From Spirochaetia bacterium (lineage in GTDB: Bacteria; Spirochaetota; Spirochaetia; SZUA-6; Bin103): DNA of 64,000 nt. Each line of letters starts with the position of its first letter. The first letter of the stretch is position 1. Shown piece by piece: positions 9,460-21,425 of this stretch. The DNA lies in the NCBI GenBank assembly GCA_965208575.1, contig CBDBOV010000006.1, positions 448,001-512,000 of the forward strand, written 5' to 3'. The position numbers were made by a program, and so were the translations under genes. The notes beneath the pieces are model-generated. The model saw only the letters and a list, made by a program, of their open reading frames with translations. It searched no databases and was not told the origin of the DNA.

Positions 9460-12429
9460 ATGATTTTCACCCGCCCCGGGCTCCGGGGCGCTCTGTTGGC
9501 CGCGCTGGCGCTTTGCTCCTTGATCGTGGCGCCAACACAAGCGCAGCCGCGGATTCCGGGCGCGCCGTTACCGTTCGATCCCACCGTCCGGCGCGGCACG
9601 CTTGACAACGGAGTGCAGTACTACATCAGGCGCAACGCCGAACCGGCGGCGCGCGCCCAACTGTGGCTTGCGGTGCGCGCCGGTGCGGTGCTGGAGGAGG
9701 AAGCACAGCGTGGCCTGGCGCGCTTCGTGGCGCGCATGGCGTTCCGGGGCACCGAGCGATACTCTGCGCGCGATATCGCGGAATACCTGGCGTCGATCGG
9801 AAGCTCCGCGGTCCCGGACGAGCACGTGCAGACCGGCTTCGACGCCACGGTATTCCATCTCGACATACCGGCGGACTCACCGGAAGCGCTGCAGACCGGC
9901 ATCGAAATGCTCAGCGAGTGGGCGTTTGCGATCGTGTTTTCCCCCGACGGGACGCAGCAGGAGCGGGAGCTGATTCTGGCCGACTGGGACAGCGCGGCGA
10001 ATGTCGACCGCCAGCTCACCGCCTTGTTCGGCGACTCGCGCTACGCGGAGCGCCGGCCGGGCGGCCGGCGGGAGGTGATCGAGAGCGCCGGCCCCGAGCA
10101 GCTGGCGGCATTCTACGAGCACTGGTATCGCCCCGACCTGATGGCGCTCATCGCAGTGGGCGACTTCGATCCCGAGGCCGTCGAGTCGACGGTGCGCGGC
10201 CATCTCTCGCGGCCAGCGCAAGGGGCCGGCGAAGACACCCAGGCGCACCGGCGCGGAAGCACCGGGCGGAGCGCATTCGCGATACCCGATCATGATGAGC
10301 CACGCGTGAGCGTGAGTATCGATCCGGAAGCGGGGGCGGCCCATCTCACGCTGTCGCGCAAGCTGCGCGCCGACACACGGGCGGACGTCACCGCGTACCG
10401 CAACGGGCTGATGCAACGGCTGGTCGACGCCATGATCAATGCCCGGCTGGCAGAACGGCAACAGGCCGGCCGGGCCTACCTGTCAGCGGGCGTCGGGCGC
10501 ACTCGGCTTACCCCGGACGTGGACCTCTCGATTGCGACCGTGCAGGTGGAACGAGGCGGCGTCGCGCGCGGATTGCAGGCGCTGCTCGAAGAGTTGCGCC
10601 GCGTGCAGGTGCACGGCTTCACCGAAGCCGAGGTAGAGCGCACCAAGACCGCGCTCACGCGCTCGGTCCTGGACGCGTACGAGGCGCGCGACCGGCATCC
10701 GTCACACCTGCTGGCTGAAGACTACATGCGCCACTTCCTGGAAGGCGGATCGTACCCCGGCATCGAGCGGGAGCGGGAGCTTCACCGGCTCCTCCTGCCC
10801 GAGATCACGCCTGCGGATCTGCACGGGTGGGCGGCGAGCAGCCTGCCTTCGGGGAGCGCCGCCAACACCGTGCTGCTGGTGACCGAGCCGCCGGCCGGCG
10901 CGGAGCAAGCGGCGGACGGCGGGCAGGTGGACACCGCAACCCGGGAGAGATCCCTGCGGGATCAACTCACCGCCGCTGCCGCACTGCAGGTCGAGCCCTA
11001 CGACGGCGGCGCGGATGGCGGCACGGTCAGTGGGGACACGGTCGGCGGCGGCGCGGATGGCGGCGGCGCGGATGGCGGCAGCGCGGATGGCGGCAGCGCG
11101 GATGGGGGTGGCGCGGGTAGTTTGCTCGCCGTCGAGCCGCCGCGCGGCAGCATCGTGGCGGAACGGCAGGTGCTGGAGATAGGCGCCCGCCACTGGACCC
11201 TGTCCAACGGGATCGTCGTGATTGCCAAGGCGACCGCCGGCGCGGGCGACGAAGTGCTGTTCCAAGCCACCAGCCCCGGCGGCACCTCGCTGGTGCCGGA
11301 TGCCGACTTCGTGCCGGCGCTCACCGCGGCCACCGTGGTTGCCGGCAGCGGCGCGGGACCGCACGACGGTACCGCGCTGCAGGAACTGCTCGCCGGCAAG
11401 CGGGTCACCGTGACGCCCTACATCGCCGAGCTGTTCGAGGGTTTCAGCGGCGGCGCGGCGGCGCAGGACCTGGAGACCCTGTTCCAGCTCATCTACCTGT
11501 ACGCCACGCGCCCGCGCGTGGACGACCGCGTCTACGCGCAATACGAGTCACAGTTGCGCGCGCTGGCCGGGCAGCGTGAAGCACGCGCCGACGCACGGTT
11601 TTCCGACACGTTGCGCATCGCGCTCAGCCAGGGCCACTTCCGGGCGCGGCCGGCGACGCTGCAGCTCCTGGAGGAACTCGACCTGGAGCGCTCCGTACGC
11701 GTGTACGCCGACCGGTTCGCCGACTTCGGCGACTTCACGTTCCTGTTCGTCGGTGCGTTCGACTGGCAGGTGCTGCGCAACCTTGCCGAGATCTATCTCG
11801 CCGCCCTGCCTGCCGGCACGCGCGAAGAGCAGTGGCAGGACGTCGGCATCGATCCGCCGCCGGGCATCGTGGACCGCACCATTCGAGGCGGCCCTGAGGG
11901 ACTGGCCACCACGCGCCTGGTGTTCGCCGGCGGCACGCGGTGGACCCGCGACGAAGCCCTGGCGCTGGCCGCCCTGGGCGAGGTGCTGGAACGGCGTCTG
12001 CGCGAGCGGCTGCCACGAGAGGTGGAGGGCGCCACCGCCATCGGGGTCGGCAGCGACTCACAGCTCATTCCCGACCCCGAGTATCGGGTGATCGTCGGTT
12101 TCGACAGCGACCCCGCGCGCGCCGACGATGCCCGCGACGCGGTGCTCGCGGAGATCGCGTGGCTGCGCCGCGGCGGCGAGCCGCGTTACCTGGAGGAAGC
12201 GCTCACGGACGTCAAGGAGACGCTGCGCGCGGCTCGGGACGAGCGGATCACCCACAACCGCTTCTGGCTCGAGCAGATGCTCGGCGCCGTGCGCAACAAC
12301 GAGCCGCTGGCCGAAATCGCCCGCTTCCCGGAACGCCTGGACGCCCTGGACGCCGATCACCTGGTAGGCGCCGCGCGCCGCTTCCTGACGCCGGACCGCT
12401 ACGTTCGCGTGGTCATGCTCCCGGAGTAG
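9460..12429 (+). CDS. secreted M16 (insulinase/PqqL-like) peptidase homologue, zinc motif degenerate
   Basis: Signal peptide; GTLDNGVQYYIR, FYEHWYRPDLMALIAVGDFD, WTLSNG; HxxEH position reads RFVAR. Confidence 0.85.
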   Translation: MIFTRPGLRGALLAALALCSLIVAPTQAQPRIPGAPLPFDPTVRRGTLDNGVQYYIRRNAEPAARAQLWLAVRAGAVLEEEAQRGLARFVARMAFRGTERYSARDIAEYLASIGSSAVPDEHVQTGFDATVFHLDIPADSPEALQTGIEMLSEWAFAIVFSPDGTQQERELILADWDSAANVDRQLTALFGDSRYAERRPGGRREVIESAGPEQLAAFYEHWYRPDLMALIAVGDFDPEAVESTVRGHLSRPAQGAGEDTQAHRRGSTGRSAFAIPDHDEPRVSVSIDPEAGAAHLTLSRKLRADTRADVTAYRNGLMQRLVDAMINARLAERQQAGRAYLSAGVGRTRLTPDVDLSIATVQVERGGVARGLQALLEELRRVQVHGFTEAEVERTKTALTRSVLDAYEARDRHPSHLLAEDYMRHFLEGGSYPGIERERELHRLLLPEITPADLHGWAASSLPSGSAANTVLLVTEPPAGAEQAADGGQVDTATRERSLRDQLTAAAALQVEPYDGGADGGTVSGDTVGGGADGGGADGGSADGGSADGGGAGSLLAVEPPRGSIVAERQVLEIGARHWTLSNGIVVIAKATAGAGDEVLFQATSPGGTSLVPDADFVPALTAATVVAGSGAGPHDGTALQELLAGKRVTVTPYIAELFEGFSGGAAAQDLETLFQLIYLYATRPRVDDRVYAQYESQLRALAGQREARADARFSDTLRIALSQGHFRARPATLQLLEELDLERSVRVYADRFADFGDFTFLFVGAFDWQVLRNLAEIYLAALPAGTREEQWQDVGIDPPPGIVDRTIRGGPEGLATTRLVFAGGTRWTRDEALALAALGEVLERRLRERLPREVEGATAIGVGSDSQLIPDPEYRVIVGFDSDPARADDARDAVLAEIAWLRRGGEPRYLEEALTDVKETLRAARDERITHNRFWLEQMLGAVRNNEPLAEIARFPERLDALDADHLVGAARRFLTPDRYVRVVMLPE
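11044..11117 (+). repeat. 15-bp in-frame tandem repeat encoding a GG(G/S)AD linker
   Basis: ggcggc(g/a)gcgcggat x4 plus a degenerate unit, between the two M16 halves. Confidence 0.85.
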
Positions 12430-12556
12430 AAAGTGTGTACGAAGGTGCGCGCCGCGCGCGGACCGTGTCCGACACGCAACGCGATCCCCGCCGGTTGCCG
12501 CCGCGGCGCCGAGCCCGGAGGCGCCGGCAGGCCTGCCGGGCGTTTGCTCGGCGCCG

Positions 12557-13561
12557 CTACTCGCCCTGCGTGAAGGCGGCGTCGAAGGCGATCTCGGAGG
12601 CGGACAGGTCGGTGCGGCGCACGAAGGCCAGCGCCTCGGGGGCGCCCTGCTCGCGGTCCATGCCGCTGTCCTCCCACTCGATCGACAGCGGACCCTGGTA
12701 GCCGATCGCGTTCAGGGCGCGGAACACGCGCTCGAACGGCACCTCGCCGCGCCCCGGCGACACGAAGTCCCAGCCGCGCCGCATGTTGCCGAACTCCAGG
12801 TGGGAGGCGAGCGCGCCGTTGCGCCCGTTGTGGTTGCGCTGCGACTCCTTGACGTGGGCGTGGTAGATGCGGTCGGCGAAATCGAGCACGAACTGCTCCG
12901 GGTCGACCGCCTGCCACACCAGGTGGCTGGGATCGAAGTTGATGCCGAACGCCGGCCGGTGGTCGACCGCCTCCAGGGTGCGCCTGGTGGTCCAGTAGTC
13001 GTAGGCGATCTCCGACGGGTGCACTTCGAGACCGAACTTCACCCCCTCCTGGTCGAACACGTCCAGAATCGGGTTCCAGCGGTCGGCGAAGTCCTGGTAG
13101 CCGGCATCGATCATGCCCTCGACCGCGGGTGGAAACCCGGCCAGCGCGTACCAGATCTTCGACCCGGTGAAGCCGGCCACGGTGGTGACGCCGAACTTGG
13201 CCGCCGCGCGGGCGGTGTCCTGCATCCGCTCGGCGGCGCGTTGCCGTACGCCCTCGGGGTCGCCGTCGCCCCAGATCTCGGGCGGCAGGATGCCCTGGTG
13301 GCGGGCGTCGATCGGGGAGTCGCACACGCACTGCCCCACCAGGTGGTTGCTGACCACGTAGCACTTCAGTCCGTGGCGGTCGAGCAGCTCGCGCTTGGCG
13401 GCCAGGTAGCCGTCGTCGGCGAGCGCCTTGTCGACCTCGAAGTGATCGCCCCAGCAGGCCAGCTCCAGGCCGTCGAAGCCCCAGGCGGACGCCTTGGCGG
13501 CCAACTCCTCCAGCGGCAGGTCGGCCCACTGGCCGGTGAACAACGTTACGTCTCGTGCCAT
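12557..13561 (-). CDS. sugar phosphate isomerase/epimerase (xylose isomerase-like TIM barrel)
   Basis: [51 protein letters not shown]. Confidence 0.9.
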   Translation of the reverse strand: MARDVTLFTGQWADLPLEELAAKASAWGFDGLELACWGDHFEVDKALADDGYLAAKRELLDRHGLKCYVVSNHLVGQCVCDSPIDARHQGILPPEIWGDGDPEGVRQRAAERMQDTARAAAKFGVTTVAGFTGSKIWYALAGFPPAVEGMIDAGYQDFADRWNPILDVFDQEGVKFGLEVHPSEIAYDYWTTRRTLEAVDHRPAFGINFDPSHLVWQAVDPEQFVLDFADRIYHAHVKESQRNHNGRNGALASHLEFGNMRRGWDFVSPGRGEVPFERVFRALNAIGYQGPLSIEWEDSGMDREQGAPEALAFVRRTDLSASEIAFDAAFTQGE

Positions 13562-13565
13562 TCTG

Positions 13566-14720
13566 CTATGCCTCCAGGTTGGTCCATTTCTGGTCGCTGG
13601 CGGAGCTGGCGACGCAGGCCGCAATGAAGGCCATGCCGCGCACTCCGTCATGCACGGTCGGGAAGTCCAGATCCGCGGCCGGATGCTCGCCGGCCAGGCG
13701 CGCCTGCAGCGCCAGCGCGTAGTTGCGGTACAGGTTGGCGAACGCCTCCACGAACCCCTCCGGGTGCCCCGGCGGCAGGCGGGTGTGCGCCGCGCTCGCC
13801 TCGCACAGTTCGCCGACGCCGGTACGGCGCACCTCGCGGTGGCGGTCCGCCCACTTCACGGTCAGCGTGTTGGGCTCTTCCTGGCGCCACTCCAGCCCGG
13901 CCAACTCGCCGTAGATGCGGATGGTGAGCGGATTCTCCTCGCCGGCGGAGACCTGGCTGGCGTAGAGCACGCCGCGGGCGCCGTTGTCGAGGCGCACCAG
14001 CACGTTGCCGTCGTCCTCGAGCTGGCGGCCCTCCACCATGGTGGTGAGGTCGGCGCACAGCTCGGCGATCTTGAGCCCGGTGATGTACTCCATCAGGTTC
14101 TCGGCGTGGGTGCCGATGTCGCCGATGCAGGAACTGGCGCCGGCGCGCGCCGGATCGGTGCGCCAGCTCGCCTGCTTCTGCCCCTCCGACTCGATCAGGG
14201 ACGCCAGCCAGCCCTGCGGATACTCCACCACCACCTTGCGCACCGCGCCGACGGCGCCGCTGCGCACCAGGTGGCGCGCCTCCTTGACCATCGGGTAGCC
14301 GGTGTAGTTGTGGGTCAGGCCGAACTGCAGCCCGGTGCGCTCCACCAGAGCTGCCAGCTCCTTGGCCTGCGCCAGGTCGAACGTCATCGGCTTGTCGCTC
14401 ATCACGTGGAAGCCCGCCTCCAGGGCCGCCTTGGCGACCGGGAAGTGGACGTTGTTGGGCGTGACGATCGACACGAAGTCCATGCGTTCGTCCGCCGGCA
14501 GCTTCGCCTCCGCCGCCATCATTTCGTGGAAATCGCCGTACACGCGGTCCGCCGGCAGGTAGAGGTCGGCGCCGGACGCGCGCGAGCGCTGCGGATCGCT
14601 GCTGAACGCCCCGCACACCAACTCGATGTGGCCGTCGAGCGCCGCCGCCATGCGGTGCACGGCGCCGATGAAGGCGTCGCGGCCGCCGCCGACCATGCCC
14701 ATTCTTATCTTGCGACTCAT
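13566..14720 (-). CDS. Gfo/Idh/MocA oxidoreductase
   Basis: [44 protein letters not shown]. Confidence 0.92.
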   Translation of the reverse strand: MSRKIRMGMVGGGRDAFIGAVHRMAAALDGHIELVCGAFSSDPQRSRASGADLYLPADRVYGDFHEMMAAEAKLPADERMDFVSIVTPNNVHFPVAKAALEAGFHVMSDKPMTFDLAQAKELAALVERTGLQFGLTHNYTGYPMVKEARHLVRSGAVGAVRKVVVEYPQGWLASLIESEGQKQASWRTDPARAGASSCIGDIGTHAENLMEYITGLKIAELCADLTTMVEGRQLEDDGNVLVRLDNGARGVLYASQVSAGEENPLTIRIYGELAGLEWRQEEPNTLTVKWADRHREVRRTGVGELCEASAAHTRLPPGHPEGFVEAFANLYRNYALALQARLAGEHPAADLDFPTVHDGVRGMAFIAACVASSASDQKWTNLEA

Positions 14721-14733
14721 GGGCCGCATCCTA

Positions 14734-15639
14734 TCAGAGATGAGCGGCGGCCGGCACCTGCACAGGGGCGCCGGCAGTGCCGGCGGGGCTGTCGGCAGCG
14801 GCCGCGTGCGCGGCGGGCGCGCAGCACGACTCCGCGGCCGGCGCGCACGTGCACGCGCCGAACAGGTCGTCGCGGCGGTTGGCGAGCAGCGCCAGCCGCT
14901 GATGCTGGTGGGCGATCGCCGCCGGATCGAGATCGGCCCAGATCACGCAGTCGCTGTCCGGCTCGGCGCGCGCCAACACGTCGCCGTGCGGCCCCACGAT
15001 CATGCTGTTGCCGCGGCAGCGTAGCCCGTCGGCGAAGCTGACGATGTCGGCGCCGGCGGCGAACATGCTGTTGTCCATGGCGCGCGCGCGCAGCGCCAGC
15101 TCCCACTCCGCCGGCGGGCCGAGCCAGGCGGTCGGCACCAGCGCCAATTCGGCGCCGCACGCCGCGGCGCAGCGCGCCTGCTCCGGAAAGCGCGTATCGA
15201 AACAGATCCAGCCGGTGGCGGCCACGCCGCCCAGGTCGAACACCGGCACCTCGCCCCCCGCCGACGCCCACGAGGTCTCGGCTCCGAACAGGTGCAGCTT
15301 GCGGTACACGGCCGCCACCGCGCCGTCGCCGTCCACCACCACCAGGCTGTCGTACAGCCGCCCGTCGTCCGCCGCCTCCGCCATGCCGAACACCACCGCG
15401 ATGCCGGACGAGGCGGCCGCCTCCCGCATGCGGCGCACGGACGGGCCGGTGACCGGCTCCGCCTGCGCAGGGATCCGCTCGGCGACGAGGTAGCCGCTGA
15501 CGACCAGCTCCGGGAGCACGATCGCCGCGCAGCCGGCGGCCGCGGCCTCGCCGACCTGGGCGCTCATCCGATCCAGGTTGTAATCCTTGTCGGCGGCGCG
15601 CGCCTCGAACTGCCCGCATGCCACCCGCGTCGCTTCCAT
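14734..15639 (-). CDS. carbon-nitrogen hydrolase (nitrilase family)
   Basis: E-K-C triad motifs VLPEL, YRKLHLF, ICFDTRFPE. Confidence 0.92.
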   Translation of the reverse strand: MEATRVACGQFEARAADKDYNLDRMSAQVGEAAAAGCAAIVLPELVVSGYLVAERIPAQAEPVTGPSVRRMREAAASSGIAVVFGMAEAADDGRLYDSLVVVDGDGAVAAVYRKLHLFGAETSWASAGGEVPVFDLGGVAATGWICFDTRFPEQARCAAACGAELALVPTAWLGPPAEWELALRARAMDNSMFAAGADIVSFADGLRCRGNSMIVGPHGDVLARAEPDSDCVIWADLDPAAIAHQHQRLALLANRRDDLFGACTCAPAAESCCAPAAHAAAADSPAGTAGAPVQVPAAAHL

Positions 15640-15818
15640 CTTTCCTCCTGCTGCCCTTCGGCGTCGGATTGCAGTCTACACCGCGACAGCCATCGTGGCA
15701 CCGAGCGGAGCCACCGACCACCACCGACCTCCCGCAGCAACTGCCTGCGCCCTTGCCGCGCGGAGCCGCGCGGACGGAGCCCCGTGACAACTGAACCGTG
15801 CGGGAGTAGAATCGGCGG

Positions 15819-16763
15819 ATGACCGAGTTGCTCACAACGCGCCCGCTGCCGGGAGCGCCATTCGGAGTCGAGATCACCGGCGCCGATCCGGGCAGCCTGA
15901 CGGCGCCGCAGCGGGAGCAGATACGGGATGCCCATCGCGCGGGTCAGGGGCTGCTCTGCTTCTCGTTCGAACGGCTGCTCGAAGCGGACGAACTGCATGC
16001 CCTCACCGCCGTGTTCGGCGACAACGAGTTCGCCCCCGGCAGGATCGTCGGGATCGGCAAGGGTACGGCGGCGGGACAGGAACAGCGCAGCGTGGAACAG
16101 CAGGCGGCAGCGCTGCGCGCCCGCGGCGTCGATCCCTACATGGCGTACATCGGCAACCTCGATCCCGCCAGCCTGGAGGAGAAAGCGGTCGACGGCAAGT
16201 TCTACGGCGAGTGGGAGTGGCACACCGACATGTCGTACATCGAAGTGCCGCCCACGTTCAGCCTGTTGCACGCCCGCGTGGTGCCGGACGAGGGCGGGGA
16301 TACCGGCTTCTGCAGCCAGACGATGGCGGCCCGGGAACTGCCGCCGGCGCTCCGCGAGCGGGTAATCGGACGCGAGATCAAGCACGATTCCACCTACGGC
16401 AGCTCCGGGGTGCTGCGGCCCGGCATGACGGTGCCGGCATCCCCCATCGAAGCGATCGGCCACCCCCACCCGGTGATCCGCGTGGTGCCGGAGACCGGAC
16501 AGGAAGCGCTGTTTCTCGGCCGTCGCACCAACGCGTACGTGGTCGGCCTGGAGTTCGACGACAGCGAGCAACTGCTGAACGAGCTGTGGCGCCACGCCAC
16601 CCAACCGCACTTCTGCTATCGGCACCGGTGGCGGGTCGGACAGGTGGTGGTGTGGGACAACCGCATGCTGCTGCACATGCGCCATCCGATGGCAGACGAC
16701 GCCACCCGCTTCATGTGGCGCACCCAGACCCGCGGCGAGGCGGTGGTGCCGGTGGTCAACTGA
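15819..16763 (+). CDS. TauD/TfdA 2-oxoglutarate/Fe(II) dioxygenase
   Basis: WHTDMSY, GGDTGF, HPVIRV, VVWDNRMLLHMR. Confidence 0.92.
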   Translation: MTELLTTRPLPGAPFGVEITGADPGSLTAPQREQIRDAHRAGQGLLCFSFERLLEADELHALTAVFGDNEFAPGRIVGIGKGTAAGQEQRSVEQQAAALRARGVDPYMAYIGNLDPASLEEKAVDGKFYGEWEWHTDMSYIEVPPTFSLLHARVVPDEGGDTGFCSQTMAARELPPALRERVIGREIKHDSTYGSSGVLRPGMTVPASPIEAIGHPHPVIRVVPETGQEALFLGRRTNAYVVGLEFDDSEQLLNELWRHATQPHFCYRHRWRVGQVVVWDNRMLLHMRHPMADDATRFMWRTQTRGEAVVPVVN

Positions 16764-16770
16764 CCCGGAA

Positions 16771-17277
16771 CTATCGCAACCGGTCGCGCAGCCGGCGAAG
16801 CCGCGGCAACGCGCGGCGATCCTTTTCCCGGTCGGCGGCTTCCTTGGAACGCACGATGTCGGGCAGCGAGGCGACGAGGATGGTCACGCCCTCGCCCACT
16901 TCCACGGTCACCGCGTCGCGTCTCAGATCGGGGTAGCCCTGCGTGCCGCTTGGGCGGAACATGAGGTCGAGGTCGCCGGCGAGCGTGGCGAGGTTCAGGA
17001 TTGCGTCTTCCGGGAGATTCCTGAAGAACCGGGCGGAGCAGTCGAACGGCAACCCCGCCGGTGCGTCCGCAGCACGGATGCGCGCTCCGAGCGTGCGCAG
17101 GGCCGCGGCCAACCGTTCCAGGTTGTGGGCGGCGCGGTCGGGCACCACGTCGAGATCGACCGTTACCCCGACGTCGCCGTGCAGGATGGCCGCCATGCCG
17201 CCGACCAGCACGAATCGTACGCCGGCGTCGCGCAGCGCCGAGAGCATTCTCGCCGGGTCGAATTCGGCGCCCGTCAT
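16771..17277 (-). CDS. nucleotidyltransferase-fold protein
   Basis: FVLVGGMAAILHG..TVDLDVV (GG/DxD) and C-terminal SKEAADREKD; start overlaps the HTH gene's stop. Confidence 0.75.
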   Translation of the reverse strand: MTGAEFDPARMLSALRDAGVRFVLVGGMAAILHGDVGVTVDLDVVPDRAAHNLERLAAALRTLGARIRAADAPAGLPFDCSARFFRNLPEDAILNLATLAGDLDLMFRPSGTQGYPDLRRDAVTVEVGEGVTILVASLPDIVRSKEAADREKDRRALPRLRRLRDRLR

Positions 17278-17597
17278 CGGCCCATGCGTGCCATGGAGCG
17301 GCGCGCGCGCAGCACGAAACGAGCAGCATTGGTGGCGTCGGCCAGCCGCTGAGCGGGCGTGCGCCGCAGTGCGCGCTCGAACAGCACATCGGTGTCCGGA
17401 TCGGGCTCGCCAAGGGCGACGCGAATCTCGAAGCCGGCTGCGCGCACCAACTGCTCCGCGAGGTCGGTGGACGGCACGCGCAGGCCACTCTCGACCCGCC
17501 CCACCGTGGACTGGGCCACCCCGGCGCGCCGCGCCAACTCGGCCTGGCTGAGCCCGGCGCGCTTGCGCGCTTCGCGAATCAGTTGGGTAATCGCCAC
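17274..17597 (-). CDS. XRE-family HTH protein
   Basis: LIREARKRAGLSQAELARRAGVAQSTVGRVESG; GTG start inferred. Confidence 0.85.
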   Translation of the reverse strand: MAITQLIREARKRAGLSQAELARRAGVAQSTVGRVESGLRVPSTDLAEQLVRAAGFEIRVALGEPDPDTDVLFERALRRTPAQRLADATNAARFVLRARRSMARMGR

Positions 17598-17659
17598 GGG
17601 CCACTTATAGCCAATTGGCTCGCAATTCGCAAGCAGGCCGGACGGTTCCCGGTGGCCGG

Positions 17660-20286
<2,627 letters not shown>

Positions 20287-20931
20287 TCGGGCCTCCGTCG
20301 TTCGGATGACGGGAATCGCGGTCCGGTGCTTACGGAAACCACATCGAACTGTCCAGTCTTCACACGCACATGTCACAGCATATCGCCTACCCCGCGGCGG
20401 GAACCAGTCGCCGCGGCACGGCCGGCGCGGACGGGACCTTCGCGAGCGGCCAGACGCGCGCGCATCCAAGGCGCCTTCTTCGCTGCGGGCCACGCCGAGG
20501 CGGCGGGCGTGTTCGAGCAGTCCGGCATCGTGGGCGCCTTCGGCGCGACGCGGCAGGAGACACCGCGGCCGCGGCGACGCCGCCCCGCGGCGGGCGCTGC
20601 GGCGGGCGCTGCGGCGGCCGCGGCCTGGGGCGGGCGGCGGATTCCGGCCTCCCCGCAAGTCGGTGCGAATCGGGCTCGCGCGGGCTGGCGAAGCGGCGGT
20701 CTGTGCCGCCGCAGCGGCGGCCCGCGGGGTCGATTCGGGGGCGAATCGATATCGAATCCACATCGTAAATCACGAAATTAACACGCACATTTTACACGGA
20801 ATCGGGGTACAAACCGGTAAAGAGCGGTCGATGCGGACTTGCGTGTTGCAGCGCCGCGCCGATGCCGCGTGAGAAGAGTGTTTGGCTCGTCGGTGGGGAG
20901 GAGGCGCATGATATTGGAGCAAGGAAACAGC

Positions 20932-20963
20932 TTGACAGCGGGGAATCTCCCCACTAGTATAAT
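20932..20963 (+). promoter_or_regulatory. sigma70-like promoter candidate
   Basis: TTGACA (20932) - 17 nt - TAGTAT, overlapping TATAAT at 20958. Confidence 0.55.
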
Positions 20964-20965
20964 TA

Positions 20966-21026
20966 AGCGCCACAGCGCCACAGCGCCACAGCGCCACAGC
21001 GCCACAGCGCCACAGCGCCACAGCGC
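20966..21026 (+). repeat. octamer tandem repeat (AGCGCCAC)7 plus partial unit
   Basis: Seven perfect units at 20966-21021, then AGCGC. Confidence 0.97.
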
Positions 21027-21425
21027 GCCCGCTCCGCGCGGGTGCTCCGTCGTGACCGCCCCGTCCCTCGCGCCCTCCGCGCGTTCCGCATCGCGCAGGC
21101 CGAGCCCCGGCGGGGCCGGGCGCCGTCCCCACCCGCTTCTTCCCGATTCCGGCCGCTCCACCTCGCCCGCCTGGTGGTGTGCCTGCTGGCGGCGGTGCTG
21201 TTCCTGCTGCCGGGCGCGGAGACCGCCGAGGCGCAGACCACGGTGAAGCTGGTCTCCAACACCGGCCAGACGTCGTTTAGCAGCGACATCGCCTTCCATG
21301 CCACATCCACGGGGTTCACGACCGGCAGCCACACCGCGGGCTATGTGCTGAAGCGCGTGGACCTCGTCGCCAAGACGGGTACCGGTAGTGAAACTCCCTC
21401 CGTGACGATCCGCGAGGGGACCCGC

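Noticed and set aside
20966-21026. Short repeats here and in the Rpn genes (e.g. 45673-45808), considered as CRISPR arrays
   Set aside because: They are head-to-tail tandem units without spacers, and no cas genes were seen.
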